This document shows positions 1 through 10,791 of a stretch of 64,000 bases of DNA, piece by piece. Source of the DNA: Gammaproteobacteria bacterium (lineage in GTDB: Bacteria; Pseudomonadota; Gammaproteobacteria; Pseudomonadales; Pseudohongiellaceae); the NCBI GenBank assembly GCA_008081045.1, contig VMDC01000001.1, forward strand, positions 225,280 through 289,279. The letters are read 5' to 3'. A model generated the notes under the pieces. The model saw only the letters and a list, made by a program, of their open reading frames with translations, did no database searches and was not told the origin of the DNA. Positions within the stretch are counted from its first letter, which is position 1. The number at the start of each line of letters is the position of its first letter. A program made the translations under genes and the position numbers.

Positions 1-1409
1 TCGAATCCAGCAATTCCATTGCGCCTGCAAGTCAGCAGTCAAATCTGACAACTCTGAAAGTCCCGCCGCATTCGGTGGAGGCGGAGCAGGCGGTCCTGGG
101 TGGTCTGATGCTGGACCGCGCTGAATGGGACAATGTGGCAGATGTGCTGTTGCCCGCGGATTTCTACCGAACGGAGCATCAACTCATTTATCAGGTGATG
201 GTCAGCCAGGCGGAGGCCAATCGTCCCATTGATGTCGTGACTCTGGTAGACGCGCTCAACAGCCTGGGCGAACTGGAAACTGCCGGAGGCCTCGATTATC
301 TCGGTGAGCTTGCCGGCAACGCGCGGGGCACAGCCAATATTCTGGCTTATGCCGACATTATTCGCGAGCGCGCCATTCTCAGGCGCCTTATCACGGTGGC
401 CAACGGTATCGCTGATTCAGGATACAACACCGGAGGAAGGTCCGCGGGTGAGGTCGTGGATGCTGCGGAGCAGCAGGTATTCAATATCTCCGATGCGCGT
501 CCGAACAATTCCGGCCCCGAATTTGTCAATCCCCTGCTGAACGCCGCTGTTGAGCGCATTGATGAGCTGTCCAGCGCCGAGGGCGAACTGACTGGTCTGC
601 CGAGCGGCTATACAGATCTCGATGCAATGACGTCAGGATGGCAGAAGTCTGATCTGGTCATCGTGGCGGGTCGGCCCTCCATGGGGAAAACTGCCTTCGC
701 CATGAATCTCGTCGAGCACGCGGTGCTGGCGGGTGACAAGCCGGTGTTGGTTTTCAGCCTTGAGATGCCAGCCGAGAGCCTGATTTTCAGAATGCTCTCT
801 TCTATTGGTCGCATTGACCAGGGAAAACTCCGAACCGGCAAGCTGAGCGATGAGGACTGGCCCAAGCTGAATACTGCCATCGCCAAACTGAAGGACCGCC
901 CCCTGTTCATTGATGACAGTGCTGGAGTCAGCCCGATGGAGATGCGCTCCCGGGCGCGTCGTGTAGTACGCGAACACAACTCGCCGCTGGGCATGATTGT
1001 CGTGGACTACTTACAGCTCATGCAGATCAAGGGAACCTCGGAAAACCGGGTCAATGAAATCTCCGAAATCTCGCGTTCTCTGAAACTGCTCGCGAGAGAA
1101 TTTCAGTGCCCGGTGGTTGCGCTGTCGCAGCTTAATCGCGGTCTGGAGCAAAGGCCCAACAAACGCCCGGTCATGTCAGACCTACGTGAATCTGGAGCGA
1201 TTGAGCAGGACGCTGATGTGATTGCATTTATCTATCGCGACGAGGTTTACAACGAAGATACCGTAGATAAAGGTATCGCTGAGGTCATTATTGGCAAACA
1301 GCGCAACGGTCCGATTGGTACGGTAAGACTGAGTTTTCTCGGACAATACACTCGGTTTGAGAATCATACGCAAGCGCGCTATGACGACAGTTACACCCAT
1401 GGTCTGTAA
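1..1409 (+). CDS. dnaB: Replicative DNA helicase DnaB (5' end truncated by the window edge)
   Basis: The frame is open from nt 3. The translation reads ...KVPPHSVEAEQAVLGGLML (canonical DnaB N-terminus), so the listed ORF start at 75 is an internal GTG. Walker A GRPSMGKT, Walker B IVVDYLQL, and C-terminal GKQRNGPIG are present. Confidence 0.95.
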   Translation, partial: ESSNSIAPASQQSNLTTLKVPPHSVEAEQAVLGGLMLDRAEWDNVADVLLPADFYRTEHQLIYQVMVSQAEANRPIDVVTLVDALNSLGELETAGGLDYLGELAGNARGTANILAYADIIRERAILRRLITVANGIADSGYNTGGRSAGEVVDAAEQQVFNISDARPNNSGPEFVNPLLNAAVERIDELSSAEGELTGLPSGYTDLDAMTSGWQKSDLVIVAGRPSMGKTAFAMNLVEHAVLAGDKPVLVFSLEMPAESLIFRMLSSIGRIDQGKLRTGKLSDEDWPKLNTAIAKLKDRPLFIDDSAGVSPMEMRSRARRVVREHNSPLGMIVVDYLQLMQIKGTSENRVNEISEISRSLKLLAREFQCPVVALSQLNRGLEQRPNKRPVMSDLRESGAIEQDADVIAFIYRDEVYNEDTVDKGIAEVIIGKQRNGPIGTVRLSFLGQYTRFENHTQARYDDSYTHGL

Positions 1410-1453
1410 TTCATCATGGCTGACTGTCGATCCCTGATCCGGAAATTCGCCTC

Positions 1454-2602
1454 ATGACCCTGATTAGCAGGCGCGCCTGGGCTACGATCAATCTTGCCGC
1501 GCTGAAAAAAAATCTGGCGCTGGTTCGAAGCTACAGCCCCAACTCAGGGATTTATCCGGTCATCAAATCCAACGCTTACGGTCACGGCATGGCAGAAGCG
1601 GCTGCTGCCTTGAGCAGTACGCATATCAAGCTAAGCGGACTTGCGGTCGCGACCATGTCCGAAGCGGTATGCCTGCGCGAGCTGGAGCCAGATTTACCGA
1701 TTCTGCTGCTGAACGGCTTTATGACCCGAGAAGAGCTGCGTGAGTGTCTGGCCAGGCGCATTGAAACGGTTGTCCATGCCGACTATCAGCTTCCAATTCT
1801 TGATCAGGTACTGGCAGAAGAAGCGCTTTCAGGCAATCGCAAGCTGTGGGTTAAGTACAACACCGGCATGAACCGGCTGGGCCTGAGCCAAGAACAGGCG
1901 ATTGAAGCCTATTTGACATTACGGGCCTACCCGGGCACGCAGCTGGTGTTGATGTCTCATCTTGCCTGCGCTGATGCCCCGAATACGCCAGAATTCGCAC
2001 AGTTTACCGAAGACCAGCGAACACGGTTGGCTCAGGCGAGGGGCGAGTTGCTCAGTAAAGGTCAGCAGACTGTCGAAACCAGTATGGCGGCTTCAGCGGG
2101 CATCTTGCAGTGGCCTGAAACCCATCTTGATTACGTGCGTCCCGGTGTGATGCTTTACGGAAGCTCGCCAATGGCTGATCAGACGGGGGAGGAACTCGGT
2201 CTGCAGCCAGTGATGACACTGCGATCAAGAATTATTGCCATTCGTGAGTTGAAGCCGGGCGATGCGATTGGTTATGGGGCAACCTACGTGTGCGAGCGGG
2301 ATACCCGCATGGCAACAGTATCAATTGGTTACGGAGACGGCTATCCACGTGGCGCCGGTAACGGCACTCCGGTCCTTGTGCACACTGCCAGTGGCAAGGT
2401 CAGAACCCGCCTCATCGGTCGCGTTTCCATGGATATGATCACACTGGATCTGACCGGAATTGATGATGCACAGATCAACGACGAAGTGACTTTGTGGGGA
2501 GAGGATTTGTGTGCCGATGAGGTTGCCAGCGCAGCCGGCACGATTTCTTATGAGCTGTTCTGCAAAGTGACCTCCCGGGTGAGTCTGTCGTATACAGATT
2601 GA
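1454..2602 (+). CDS. alr: Alanine racemase
   Basis: PLP-lysine motif VIKSNAYGHG near the N-terminus. C-terminal SYELFC motif. About 380 aa. Conserved dnaB-alr adjacency. Confidence 0.9.
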   Translation: MTLISRRAWATINLAALKKNLALVRSYSPNSGIYPVIKSNAYGHGMAEAAAALSSTHIKLSGLAVATMSEAVCLRELEPDLPILLLNGFMTREELRECLARRIETVVHADYQLPILDQVLAEEALSGNRKLWVKYNTGMNRLGLSQEQAIEAYLTLRAYPGTQLVLMSHLACADAPNTPEFAQFTEDQRTRLAQARGELLSKGQQTVETSMAASAGILQWPETHLDYVRPGVMLYGSSPMADQTGEELGLQPVMTLRSRIIAIRELKPGDAIGYGATYVCERDTRMATVSIGYGDGYPRGAGNGTPVLVHTASGKVRTRLIGRVSMDMITLDLTGIDDAQINDEVTLWGEDLCADEVASAAGTISYELFCKVTSRVSLSYTD

Positions 2603-2645
2603 GACTCAGGCTCTTGCATGTGTAGTTAGCGGACTGAAAGCAGAA

Positions 2646-4019
2646 ATGGCTAAAACCAAAATCGCGTTTGTTTGCACTGATTGCGGCGCAGAACATGGTC
2701 AATGGCAGGGACAATGCTCTGCCTGTAAAGCCTGGAACACACTCTCTCAGATTAACCTGGGCGGGTCCGGCTCGCCCGCCGCGAAGGCTGATTTTCGGCA
2801 GCGGGGTTATGCGGGAGAGAAAACTGACGTCCAGACCCTCGCGGATATCGATCTGGAAGCCCTGCCCAGATTCGGCTCAAGCATAGGCGAGCTCGATCGG
2901 GTGCTCGGCGGGGGGCTTGTCCCGGGGTCGGTCATTCTGGTGGGAGGTAATCCCGGTGCAGGTAAGAGCACCCTGTTGCTGCAAATCATGTGCACGCTGG
3001 CCGATCAGGATAAGGTCGCCCTTTATGTCACCGGTGAAGAATCCCTGCAGCAGGTGGGGATGCGGGCGCAGCGCCTGAACCTGCCACAGCAAGCGCTGAA
3101 GATGCTGGCTGAAACCAATGTCGAGCAAATCTGTCATGCCGCTCAGGAACACAAGCCTTCGCTGCTGGTCGTGGATTCGATTCAGGTCATGCACAGCAGC
3201 GAAGTACCCTCCGCGCCCGGCAGTGTCAGCCAGGTTCGTGAATGCGCCGCTTACCTCATCCAATATGCCAAACAAACCAACACGGTATTGTTTCTGGTCG
3301 GACACGTCACTAAGGAAGGAAATCTCGCCGGTCCGAAAGTCTTGGAACACATGATCGACTGTTTCGTGATGCTGGAAGGCGGCACCGACAGCAAATATCG
3401 CATCTTGCGCAGTCAGAAAAATCGGTTTGGTGCAGTGAATGAACTGGGTGTTTTCGCCATGACCGAGCAGGGCATGAAAGAGGTGAAAAATCCGTCCGCT
3501 ATTTTTCTGGCTCGAACAGAGGAAGACAGTGCCGGCTCCCTGGTGATGGTTCTCTGGGAAGGCACCCGCCCGCTGCTGGTTGAGATACAGGCGCTGGTGG
3601 ATGCCAGCCCGCTGGGTAATCCCCGTCGGGTTGCGGTAGGCCTGGAGCAGAATCGCATGGCCATGCTGCTGGCCGTGCTGCACCGGCACGGTGGGCTGTA
3701 CATGGCAGATCAGGATGTCTTTGTAAACGTGGTGGGTGGTGTCAAAGTGAGTGAAACCAGTGCGGATCTGGCGCTTCTGCTGGCAATTGTCTCCAGTTTC
3801 AAAGACCGGCCTGTTGATCGCCAAACGGTTGCTTTCGGTGAAGTGGGGCTGGCTGGCGAAATCAGACCCGTGCAAGGCGGGCAGGAGCGTCTGCAAGAGG
3901 CTGCCAAGCATGGCTTCAGGCGCGCTATTGTGCCGAAGGCCAATGTGCCCAAGTCCCCGATCGAAGGCCTTGAGGTGATCGGAGTCAGCAAGATCGAACA
4001 GGCGCTGGCTGCTCTGTGA
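2646..4019 (+). CDS. radA: DNA repair protein RadA/Sms
   Basis: N-terminal Zn finger CTDCGAEHGQWQGQCSACKAWNT. Walker A GGNPGAGKST. KNRFG motif. Lon-like C-terminal domain. Confidence 0.95.
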   Translation: MAKTKIAFVCTDCGAEHGQWQGQCSACKAWNTLSQINLGGSGSPAAKADFRQRGYAGEKTDVQTLADIDLEALPRFGSSIGELDRVLGGGLVPGSVILVGGNPGAGKSTLLLQIMCTLADQDKVALYVTGEESLQQVGMRAQRLNLPQQALKMLAETNVEQICHAAQEHKPSLLVVDSIQVMHSSEVPSAPGSVSQVRECAAYLIQYAKQTNTVLFLVGHVTKEGNLAGPKVLEHMIDCFVMLEGGTDSKYRILRSQKNRFGAVNELGVFAMTEQGMKEVKNPSAIFLARTEEDSAGSLVMVLWEGTRPLLVEIQALVDASPLGNPRRVAVGLEQNRMAMLLAVLHRHGGLYMADQDVFVNVVGGVKVSETSADLALLLAIVSSFKDRPVDRQTVAFGEVGLAGEIRPVQGGQERLQEAAKHGFRRAIVPKANVPKSPIEGLEVIGVSKIEQALAAL

Positions 4020-4031
4020 CAGTGAGTGACC

Positions 4032-5372
4032 TCAGTCCGGGGCTCTCGCGATATCCTCTCTGATAGTCTTCGCCGCCATAAAGTAATGAAATGCGCACCA
4101 GCAGTTCACCATGACTGTGATGGACATGGCATAGCGCAGCGCATCATCACCAAACTGGGGCGTTAGCCAGTCGCTCATGAATCCCGTCATCATCGGGCCC
4201 AGCCCGAGCCCGATCAGGTTCAGCATAAACAGCAGTATGGCCGATGCCATCGCGCGCATGCGAATACCTACCAGAAAATGTGTGGCAGCAATGCAGGGCG
4301 CAAGATACCAGCCTCCGGCAAAGACCGGCAGCAGATAGGAATAAACTGCAATATAGCCATCCGGCATGAGGAGGAAGGTATTCAGAGCAAGTGGAACGGC
4401 GACGACCGTAGAGATGAAGGGCACCCAGATGTACCAGGTGCTGTCGCCGGTCCGCTTTTTCATCCGGTCGGTTACCCATCCACCGAAGAATGTGCCGGCC
4501 AGGCCACCCACGCCGGCGATCATGCCGTAGTACCAGCCTACATCCAGAATCGGCATGCCGTGTACCCTGCCGAGGAAGAGTGGCATAAAGTTCCCCATGC
4601 CATAGGTGACAAAGGCATGCAGGGCACAGGCGAATGACAGATGGCGAAATGATCTTCGTTCCCACAAAAAACCCATCACACTGAAGAAGCCGGGCGGCGC
4701 GACGTCTTTGCGCGCTTCCGCCATGCCGCGAGGCGGCTCTTTGACGACGAAGCGCACCACCAGCGCCAGCAGAATGCCGGGCATCCCCACCACGACGAAC
4801 GCCGTGCGCCAGTCGAAGTACTGAACCAAATAGGCGCCGCCCACCGTGCCAACCAGAATGCCGCCGTAGACGCCAAGCGAATAAATAGAAAGGGCAGTGG
4901 CTCGCTGTTCTGCAGGGAAAATATCGGACACGATGGAGTGGGAGGGTGGAGAGCCGCCGGCTTCCCCGACTCCGACCCCGAAGCGCGCCAGAAACAATTG
5001 GGCAAAACTTTGCGCGGCGCCACACAGGGCCGTCATTACGCTCCAGATCGCGACCGAAGCGGCAACAATATTGCGCCGGTTGCTGATGTCCGCCCAACGA
5101 GCAATGGGCACTCCCAGCGTCGTGTAGATGAAGGCGAATGCCAGACCCGAGAGCATTCCGAATTGCCCGTCTGAGATGTTCAGGTCGTCTATGATCGGCT
5201 GGGCAAGCACATTGATCACCTGCCGGTCGACAAAATTCGAGACGTATACCGTGGTCAGGATGCCCAGAACCAGATAGCGGTAAGAAGGCTTCTGGTAGGC
5301 CTTCAGGATGGCCGCATGTTCATCTGATACTGGGTCTGAATGCGGGTCTTCCTTAACAGTCGTCGTTGACAA
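4032..5372 (-). CDS. MFS transporter (substrate unknown)
   Basis: 446 aa, about 12 hydrophobic segments. MFS loop motif (GVPIARWADISNRRN). Confidence 0.75.
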   Translation of the reverse strand: MSTTTVKEDPHSDPVSDEHAAILKAYQKPSYRYLVLGILTTVYVSNFVDRQVINVLAQPIIDDLNISDGQFGMLSGLAFAFIYTTLGVPIARWADISNRRNIVAASVAIWSVMTALCGAAQSFAQLFLARFGVGVGEAGGSPPSHSIVSDIFPAEQRATALSIYSLGVYGGILVGTVGGAYLVQYFDWRTAFVVVGMPGILLALVVRFVVKEPPRGMAEARKDVAPPGFFSVMGFLWERRSFRHLSFACALHAFVTYGMGNFMPLFLGRVHGMPILDVGWYYGMIAGVGGLAGTFFGGWVTDRMKKRTGDSTWYIWVPFISTVVAVPLALNTFLLMPDGYIAVYSYLLPVFAGGWYLAPCIAATHFLVGIRMRAMASAILLFMLNLIGLGLGPMMTGFMSDWLTPQFGDDALRYAMSITVMVNCWCAFHYFMAAKTIREDIARAPD

Positions 5373-5463
5373 TCTGCGTCCCTCCCCGATTGTTATTTTT
5401 GTGGTGGAGTCTCTCAGGTCGGCCTCATTGTCCCTAACTCACCGTTGGAATGAAAGAGGTCAA

Positions 5464-6792
5464 TCATTCGCGGGCAAGTCTGCCGATCAGCACGGCGCTG
5501 AGCTGGGCCCGTTCCAGCAGAGAGCTCAGCCGGGCCTGTTCCCGATTGGAGTGCGCTCCGGTACCGGCGATGCCCAGCGAGTCCAGCGTGGGCAGGCCGG
5601 CTGCCTGAGTAAGCGAACCGTCGGTCCCTCCACCTGAGTCCGTGACTCCAAGCTCCTGTCCCAGCAGCCTGCCGAGCGCTCTGGTTTTTTCCAGCAAATA
5701 ATCGGATTCCTCGGTCGGGATCTTCGGTGGGCGGTGCAGGTTGACCCAGCTGTCGGTCGTAATGTCGTCGGTATTCCCTGAGTAGCTGTATACCTCCGAA
5801 AAAATGGCTTCGAACTGCGCAATTGCCTCCAGCCCCTGTTCGGGTGTGGGGTAGCGTAAATCGATAAGACCCTCAGCACAGGGAGCAACGGTATTGCGTG
5901 CTTCGCCGCCGGAGACAATGCCAACATTCACGGTAACGCCAGTTTCATAATCGGTGAGGTTTTCAATTGCAACGATTTTGTAGGCCAGCTCCTTGATGGC
6001 AGAGCGACCCTGCTCATGGGCACCACCGGCGTGTGAAGCCTTGCCGTTTACGACAAATCTCGCCTGGCCGAGACCCTTGCGAGCTCTTACCAGATTGTTG
6101 GTTCCGGTGGATTCATAGACCAATCCATAGTCATGCAGGGCTGCCTGCTCCTCCAGATATTTGCGGGACGACAGCGACCCCATTTCCTCATCACTGTTGA
6201 GCAGGACGGTGACGGCCATGTCCTTCAGCAGCCCCTTGGCGTCCAGCGCCTTGAGTGCGTACAGCATTACCACCAGGCCACCCTTCATGTCTGCCACACC
6301 GGGGCCGAACACCCGATCACCTTCTCTGCGATAGCTCTGGAACGGGCTGTCGGGAGGGAAAACGGTGTCAAGGTGACCCATAAGCAGTAGCCGCTTGCCA
6401 CTGCCGGATTTGGCAGCGAGGACATGGTCAGCCAGATCAATACTGTAATCGCTGCCGGGGCAACTGGGCATGTCGATTCGCCCGCCGGGCAGGGTATCAA
6501 TATCAAAACCCATCGCGCTCAGTTCCTGGCTGAAGAGTTCGGCAAGCTCCGCCATGCCGGCTTTATTCAGGCTGCCGCTGTTGATGTTGGTCAGTCGCTC
6601 GAGCAGATTGATCATTTCAGTTTCCTGGTCGGCCAGCCAGGACACCAATTCCTGCTCGAGTGGCGCAATGTTGGGTTCCAGGTTTTCCGCAGCAGAAAGT
6701 GGCAGAGACAGCAGAAGACTGGAAATCAAAAGCCTCCTGCCGGCCGAAAAAACAGAGGCGGACTTTATGATCGAATTGGACAAAGCAGTCAC
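5464..6792 (-). CDS. Secreted M20-family metallopeptidase (carboxypeptidase G2-like)
   Basis: N-terminal signal peptide (LLLSLPLSAAEN). M20 motifs LLLMGHLDTVF, GPGVADMKGG, NSDEEMGS. Confidence 0.8.
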   Translation of the reverse strand: MTALSNSIIKSASVFSAGRRLLISSLLLSLPLSAAENLEPNIAPLEQELVSWLADQETEMINLLERLTNINSGSLNKAGMAELAELFSQELSAMGFDIDTLPGGRIDMPSCPGSDYSIDLADHVLAAKSGSGKRLLLMGHLDTVFPPDSPFQSYRREGDRVFGPGVADMKGGLVVMLYALKALDAKGLLKDMAVTVLLNSDEEMGSLSSRKYLEEQAALHDYGLVYESTGTNNLVRARKGLGQARFVVNGKASHAGGAHEQGRSAIKELAYKIVAIENLTDYETGVTVNVGIVSGGEARNTVAPCAEGLIDLRYPTPEQGLEAIAQFEAIFSEVYSYSGNTDDITTDSWVNLHRPPKIPTEESDYLLEKTRALGRLLGQELGVTDSGGGTDGSLTQAAGLPTLDSLGIAGTGAHSNREQARLSSLLERAQLSAVLIGRLARE

Positions 6793-6931
6793 TCCCTTGT
6801 GAGTAAACGATGATGGCTATCACGCAGAGTGTACGGGATTCATTGACAAAAACCATGGCCTGCGGATCGCTTATTGGCGGGACGGTGAAGCCGTTGTATT
6901 CCATCGGGGCAGGTCCCATAATGCTGCGCCC

Positions 6932-7900
6932 ATGAACGATGTTGCCGAACCCATACTGAAAATTTCCGATCTGTGCAAAACCTATTCCGGGGGCTTTAAT
7001 GCCCTGAAGAACGTATCGCTGGAAATTGGTAAAGGGGAGATCGTAGCCTTACTGGGGCCTAACGGTGCCGGCAAGACTACTCTGATTTCAGCGATCTGCG
7101 GCATTGTCCGTCCTACCTCCGGAAAGATCACAGTGGCGGGCTATGATATCGTCGACGATTATCGGAAGACCCGTTCTCTGATTGGGCTGGTACCGCAAGA
7201 ACTGACTACCGATTCTTTCGAGACAGTATTCAATACGGTTTCTTTCAGCCGTGGTCTGTTTGGCCGCCCGCCCGATCCCGCCCACATCGAGCGGGTATTG
7301 ACTGCACTCTCGCTGTGGGACAAGAGAGACAGCAAGATCATTACTCTGTCAGGAGGCATGAAAAGAAGGGTGTTGATTGCCAAGGCTCTGTCTCATGAAC
7401 CCTCTGTCCTGTTTCTGGATGAACCGACTGCCGGCGTCGACGTTTCGCTGCGCAAGGACATGTGGAAGATCGTGCGCGAACTCAGAGAATCGGGCGTTAC
7501 TATCATCCTGACGACGCACTATATTGAAGAGGCCGAAGAGATTGCTGACCGGGTGGGCGTCATCAACCACGGTGAGATGGTGCTCATAGAGGACAAACAG
7601 ATCCTGATGCGTAAGCTGGGGCAAAAGCAGCTCATGCTGGATCTCGTTGAGCCTCTTCGGCAACTGCCTGCGAGCCTGGCTGACTTTGCGCTGGACTTGA
7701 CTGAGCACGGCACGAGGCTCATCTACACTTTCGACAGCCACGAGCAGCGCACAGACATCACCGCGCTGCTGGATGGTCTCAAATCGGCGGGGATCGCGTT
7801 CAGGGATTTGCAGACAAGCCAGAGCTCACTGGAAGACATCTTTGTCAATCTGGTTGAAGGAGCGAGCAAGGGGCCGGCCGAGCAGGAGGCAGAACCATGA
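6932..7900 (+). CDS. ABC transporter ATP-binding protein (ABC-2 exporter type)
   Basis: Walker [10 protein letters not shown], signature LSGGMKRR, Walker [10 protein letters not shown]. Stop overlaps the start of the next permease gene. Confidence 0.9.
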   Translation: MNDVAEPILKISDLCKTYSGGFNALKNVSLEIGKGEIVALLGPNGAGKTTLISAICGIVRPTSGKITVAGYDIVDDYRKTRSLIGLVPQELTTDSFETVFNTVSFSRGLFGRPPDPAHIERVLTALSLWDKRDSKIITLSGGMKRRVLIAKALSHEPSVLFLDEPTAGVDVSLRKDMWKIVRELRESGVTIILTTHYIEEAEEIADRVGVINHGEMVLIEDKQILMRKLGQKQLMLDLVEPLRQLPASLADFALDLTEHGTRLIYTFDSHEQRTDITALLDGLKSAGIAFRDLQTSQSSLEDIFVNLVEGASKGPAEQEAEP

Positions 7901-8658
7901 ATATTTACGGGGTTCTGGCGATCTACCGTTTCGAGATGTCGCGCACCCGGCGTACGCTGATACAGAGCATCGTCGCGCCGGTGATTACTACGTCACTCTA
8001 CTTCATTGTTTTCGGAGCGGCGATCGGCTCGAGAATTCAGGAGGTCGGTGGCGTCAGCTACGGGGCGTTCATTGTGCCGGGCCTGATCATGCTGAATCTG
8101 CTAACCAACAGCATTTCCAACGGCTCTTTCGGAATTTATTTCCCGAAGTTTATGGGTACAGTTTACGAGATTCTGTCTGCCCCGGTGTCAACTCTCGAGA
8201 TTGTCCTCGGCTATGTGGGTGCGGCAGCCAGTAAAGCCCTGCTGCTCGGATTCATCATCCTGCTTACCGCCTCGCTGTTCATCGAGCTGAGAATTGCCCA
8301 TCCGCTCATCATGCTGGCATTTCTGATCCTCACGGCGATTTCCTTCAGCCTGCTGGGTTTTATTCTGGGAATCTGGGCCGACAATTTTGAGAAGCTGTCG
8401 GTGGTTCCAACGCTGGTGATCACACCGCTGGTGTTTCTGGGTGGCAGTTTTTACTCTACTGATATGCTGCCGCCTTTCTGGCAGACGGTGTCTCTGTTTA
8501 ATCCGGTGCTTTATCTGGTCAGCGGATTACGCTGGAGCTTTTACGAAATCTCTGACGTCAATGTCTGGGTCAGTCTGGGAAGTGTGCTGCTGTTTCTGCT
8601 GATCTGCTTCGGTCTTGTGGTCTGGATATTCAAAACCGGCTACAAACTGCGAAGCTAG
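7897..8658 (+). CDS. ABC-2 type transporter permease
   Basis: 253 aa, six hydrophobic segments. Start overlaps the preceding ATPase stop (ATGA), suggesting translational coupling. Confidence 0.85.
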   Translation: MNIYGVLAIYRFEMSRTRRTLIQSIVAPVITTSLYFIVFGAAIGSRIQEVGGVSYGAFIVPGLIMLNLLTNSISNGSFGIYFPKFMGTVYEILSAPVSTLEIVLGYVGAAASKALLLGFIILLTASLFIELRIAHPLIMLAFLILTAISFSLLGFILGIWADNFEKLSVVPTLVITPLVFLGGSFYSTDMLPPFWQTVSLFNPVLYLVSGLRWSFYEISDVNVWVSLGSVLLFLLICFGLVVWIFKTGYKLRS

Positions 8659-9617
8659 GAAACCCGCATACCGTCCCGGAATTCCATTTGCTCAGCGTTG
8701 CCCTCGGCATCGAAGTACACCCCCGGCCCCTGACGCTTGTTCTCCCGCCAGGGTCCGACATAACGATCTCCGTTGCTGTAGTAGTAAGTGCCTTCACCGT
8801 GAAGCTTATCGTTGGCGAAAGCGCCCTCGAACCGATTGCCGTTGGCATAGAAGAATATACCTTCTCCCTGCATGACATTATTCTGCCAGGTGCCTGTAAA
8901 GCGATCTCCGCTGTTCCACTTCTTGGTTCCCTTTCCATGTTGCTTACCGGCTTTCCAATTGCCTTCGTAGCGGTCACCACTGGCCCAGTCAAAAGTGCCT
9001 TGGCCATCGATGACGCCCCGGAACCACTGACCCCGATACCTGTCGCCGTTGATAAACTGATAGGTGCCCTGGCCGGAGAACACATCGGCATCCCAGGACC
9101 CCTCATACACATCGCCATTGCGAAAATAATAGGTGCCGCTACCTGATTTGAGATCATTCCGGAAGTCACCGACGTAGCGCTCGCCGTCCGCCCGGATCAG
9201 CGTTCCGCGGCCGTTGCGCCGGTCGTTCGCGAATTGGCCTTCGTACCGGTCACCGCCTGACGAAACGTAGATGCCGCGACCATTTTTGGCGTCTGCGCTG
9301 AATTCGCCTTCGTAGCGGTCACCATCTGCCGTACGAAGCACCCCGGTGCCTTCAAACTGATTGTTGCGGCAGCCGCCGGTATAGCGACTGCCGTCAGCCC
9401 ACCGGTATTCGCCCTGACCACTGAGGCAACTGCCGCCGAGCCAGCCGGCTTCAAAAGCCTGTGTCCAGGCCATGGCTGAATAGCAGGCTATCGCCGCCCA
9501 AACCGGCAGGCAGTACAGGGGTCTGCGGGAAAAAACACGCTCTCTGTTCATCGGGCTGCAAACCATTGGTAGATCATTTGAGAATAGAGTACGGCAAAAA
9601 TGGGCGCGTTTCGACAT
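8655..9617 (-). CDS. MORN-repeat protein, probably secreted or anchored
   Basis: At least 10 consecutive 23-aa MORN units (e.g. [23 protein letters not shown] / [23 protein letters not shown] / [23 protein letters not shown]). The start is probably an internal ATG at 9551 (MNRERVF..., followed by a hydrophobic segment). Confidence 0.8.
   Translation of the reverse strand: MSKRAHFCRTLFSNDLPMVCSPMNRERVFSRRPLYCLPVWAAIACYSAMAWTQAFEAGWLGGSCLSGQGEYRWADGSRYTGGCRNNQFEGTGVLRTADGDRYEGEFSADAKNGRGIYVSSGGDRYEGQFANDRRNGRGTLIRADGERYVGDFRNDLKSGSGTYYFRNGDVYEGSWDADVFSGQGTYQFINGDRYRGQWFRGVIDGQGTFDWASGDRYEGNWKAGKQHGKGTKKWNSGDRFTGTWQNNVMQGEGIFFYANGNRFEGAFANDKLHGEGTYYYSNGDRYVGPWRENKRQGPGVYFDAEGNAEQMEFRDGMRVS
8700..9430 (-). 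repeat. Tandem 69-nt-period coding repeats (MORN units)
   Basis: Periodic G-x-G-x(5)-G-D-R-Y-x-G-x-[FW] pattern across the translation. The repeat is at protein level and the DNA copies have diverged. Confidence 0.7.
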
Positions 9618-9798
9618 CGACGCGTGATGCGACTGTGATTGACGGTCCAGTGAGTTTGTCCGGTGATCAGCCCCCGCAAGTCAGGCGCAGGAGTTTTGAT
9701 CGCGCCAGGCGGACGGCTGCTTGTGATTGGCATTCAGCCGCTGTTAGCTGGTAGTCTGCGAGTCAGTTTCGCTGAATGTTCCCGTCCAGGTGTCTATC

Positions 9799-10260
9799 AT
9801 GAAAAAATTTGTGGCTGTTGCTTTACTTTGCTTTGTCAGTTTTCTGCCCCGGGTGACACTGGGCGCCGAGGCGCGTGAGGTGGAAGCGGCAATTGCAGCA
9901 GCCATGCAGGCATTGGATCAGTTCATGGTGACCTTCAATCGACGGGATCCTGTTGCCTGGGCGGAAACCCTGAATTACCCCCACGTTCGCTTTGCCAGCG
10001 GTAACGTGACCGTTTGGGAAAATGCCGAAGAATTTGCGGCTGGCGGGACCTTTGACAGACTACCCGCTACAGGCTGGGATCATTCCCACTGGCTAAGCCG
10101 TGAAGTGACCCTGGCGGCCCCGGGGAAGGTCCATATTGCCACGGTTTTCCAGCGTTTTGATGCGGATAACGAGGTCATCGGCACCTATCAGTCACTCTAT
10201 ATCGTGACCAATGTAGACGGTCACTGGGGGACTCAGGCCAGATCCAGCCTGGCGCCATAG
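9799..10260 (+). CDS. Secreted NTF2/SnoaL-like fold protein (function unknown)
   Basis: ATG at 9799 gives MKKFVAVALLCFVSFLPRVTLGAEA, a signal peptide. Size and pattern resemble DUF4440/SnoaL-type proteins. No motif assigns a function. Confidence 0.45.
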   Translation: MKKFVAVALLCFVSFLPRVTLGAEAREVEAAIAAAMQALDQFMVTFNRRDPVAWAETLNYPHVRFASGNVTVWENAEEFAAGGTFDRLPATGWDHSHWLSREVTLAAPGKVHIATVFQRFDADNEVIGTYQSLYIVTNVDGHWGTQARSSLAP

Positions 10261-10264
10261 TCCG

Positions 10265-10579
10265 TTACCGACGAATCCACAACTCGATATCGGCAGTATC
10301 TTCCGGGAATTCTGCTGCGTGTGGTTTGCCAGCGGGCACAAAATACCACTCGCCCGCTTCGATGCGCTGTGTTTCACCATCCATTGTTAACAACAGAACG
10401 CCTTTGGTGATTACACCCACGTTATCAGTGTCATGACTGTGGGGTTCAATGACCGTGCCGCCCGGATAGATGCCAAACAGCACGTCACAGGTCTCTGCGG
10501 TCAGTTTAAAGGCATCAAATTGGCCCTCGTACGCGGGCAATTCACGAATCTGCTCGGGAAAGTATTCGGCTAGGCTCAT
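10265..10579 (-). CDS. Small cupin-domain protein
   Basis: Cupin motifs GGTVIEPHSHD and W.FVPAGKPHA. The ATG at 10579 is preceded by AAGGAG. The longer ORF up to 10684 lacks an RBS. Confidence 0.7.
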   Translation of the reverse strand: MSLAEYFPEQIRELPAYEGQFDAFKLTAETCDVLFGIYPGGTVIEPHSHDTDNVGVITKGVLLLTMDGETQRIEAGEWYFVPAGKPHAAEFPEDTADIELWIRR

Positions 10580-10791
10580 GGCAGAGCTCCTTTCTGGTGG
10601 CCAACTTGGCTGTGACTGTCTGGCATTATCGCCTCGATCGTCCATTAAGGACAGATGGAGTCGGCCGGTGCGGCTATGCGACAAATTGTCACGACTGCCA
10701 GCGAGACAAACTGCTATGTTTCAGACTCCTCAACAGGGCGCAAATCCAAGTATACTGTGGCCTACGTAGACCTCGCATAGGAGTAATTTCG

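Noticed and set aside
2877-3911. 344-aa ORF antisense to radA. Similar long antisense ORFs occur at 59658..61043 (461 aa), 25462..26118, 33325..34161, 8630..9169, 18657..19226 and 54609..55406.
   Set aside because: Each lies fully inside a gene with strong family motifs on the opposite strand. Their translations are low-complexity and Arg/Gly/Pro/His-rich, with no recognisable motifs. These are typical shadow ORFs of moderately GC-rich DNA.
9731-9778. 8-bp inverted repeat CATTCAGC … GCTGAATG (32-nt spacer) upstream of the NTF2-like gene. Also short perfect palindromes GACAAATTGTC (10680-10690) and GCCAATTGGC (52017-52026) in other intergenic regions.
   Set aside because: These are short enough to occur by chance in 64 kb. 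There is no adjacent regulator and no repeated copies in the window.
10597-10791. N-terminal 65-aa extension of the amine-oxidase ORF, and similar upstream extensions of the ORFs at 12344, 14724, 21001, 21883, 32663, 39952, 43187, 56378 and 57171.
   Set aside because: Internal ATG or GTG codons with good Shine-Dalgarno sequences give canonical N-termini (Tat or Sec signals, MFTGIVE, and so on). The extensions have no RBS and overlap neighbouring genes or promoters.
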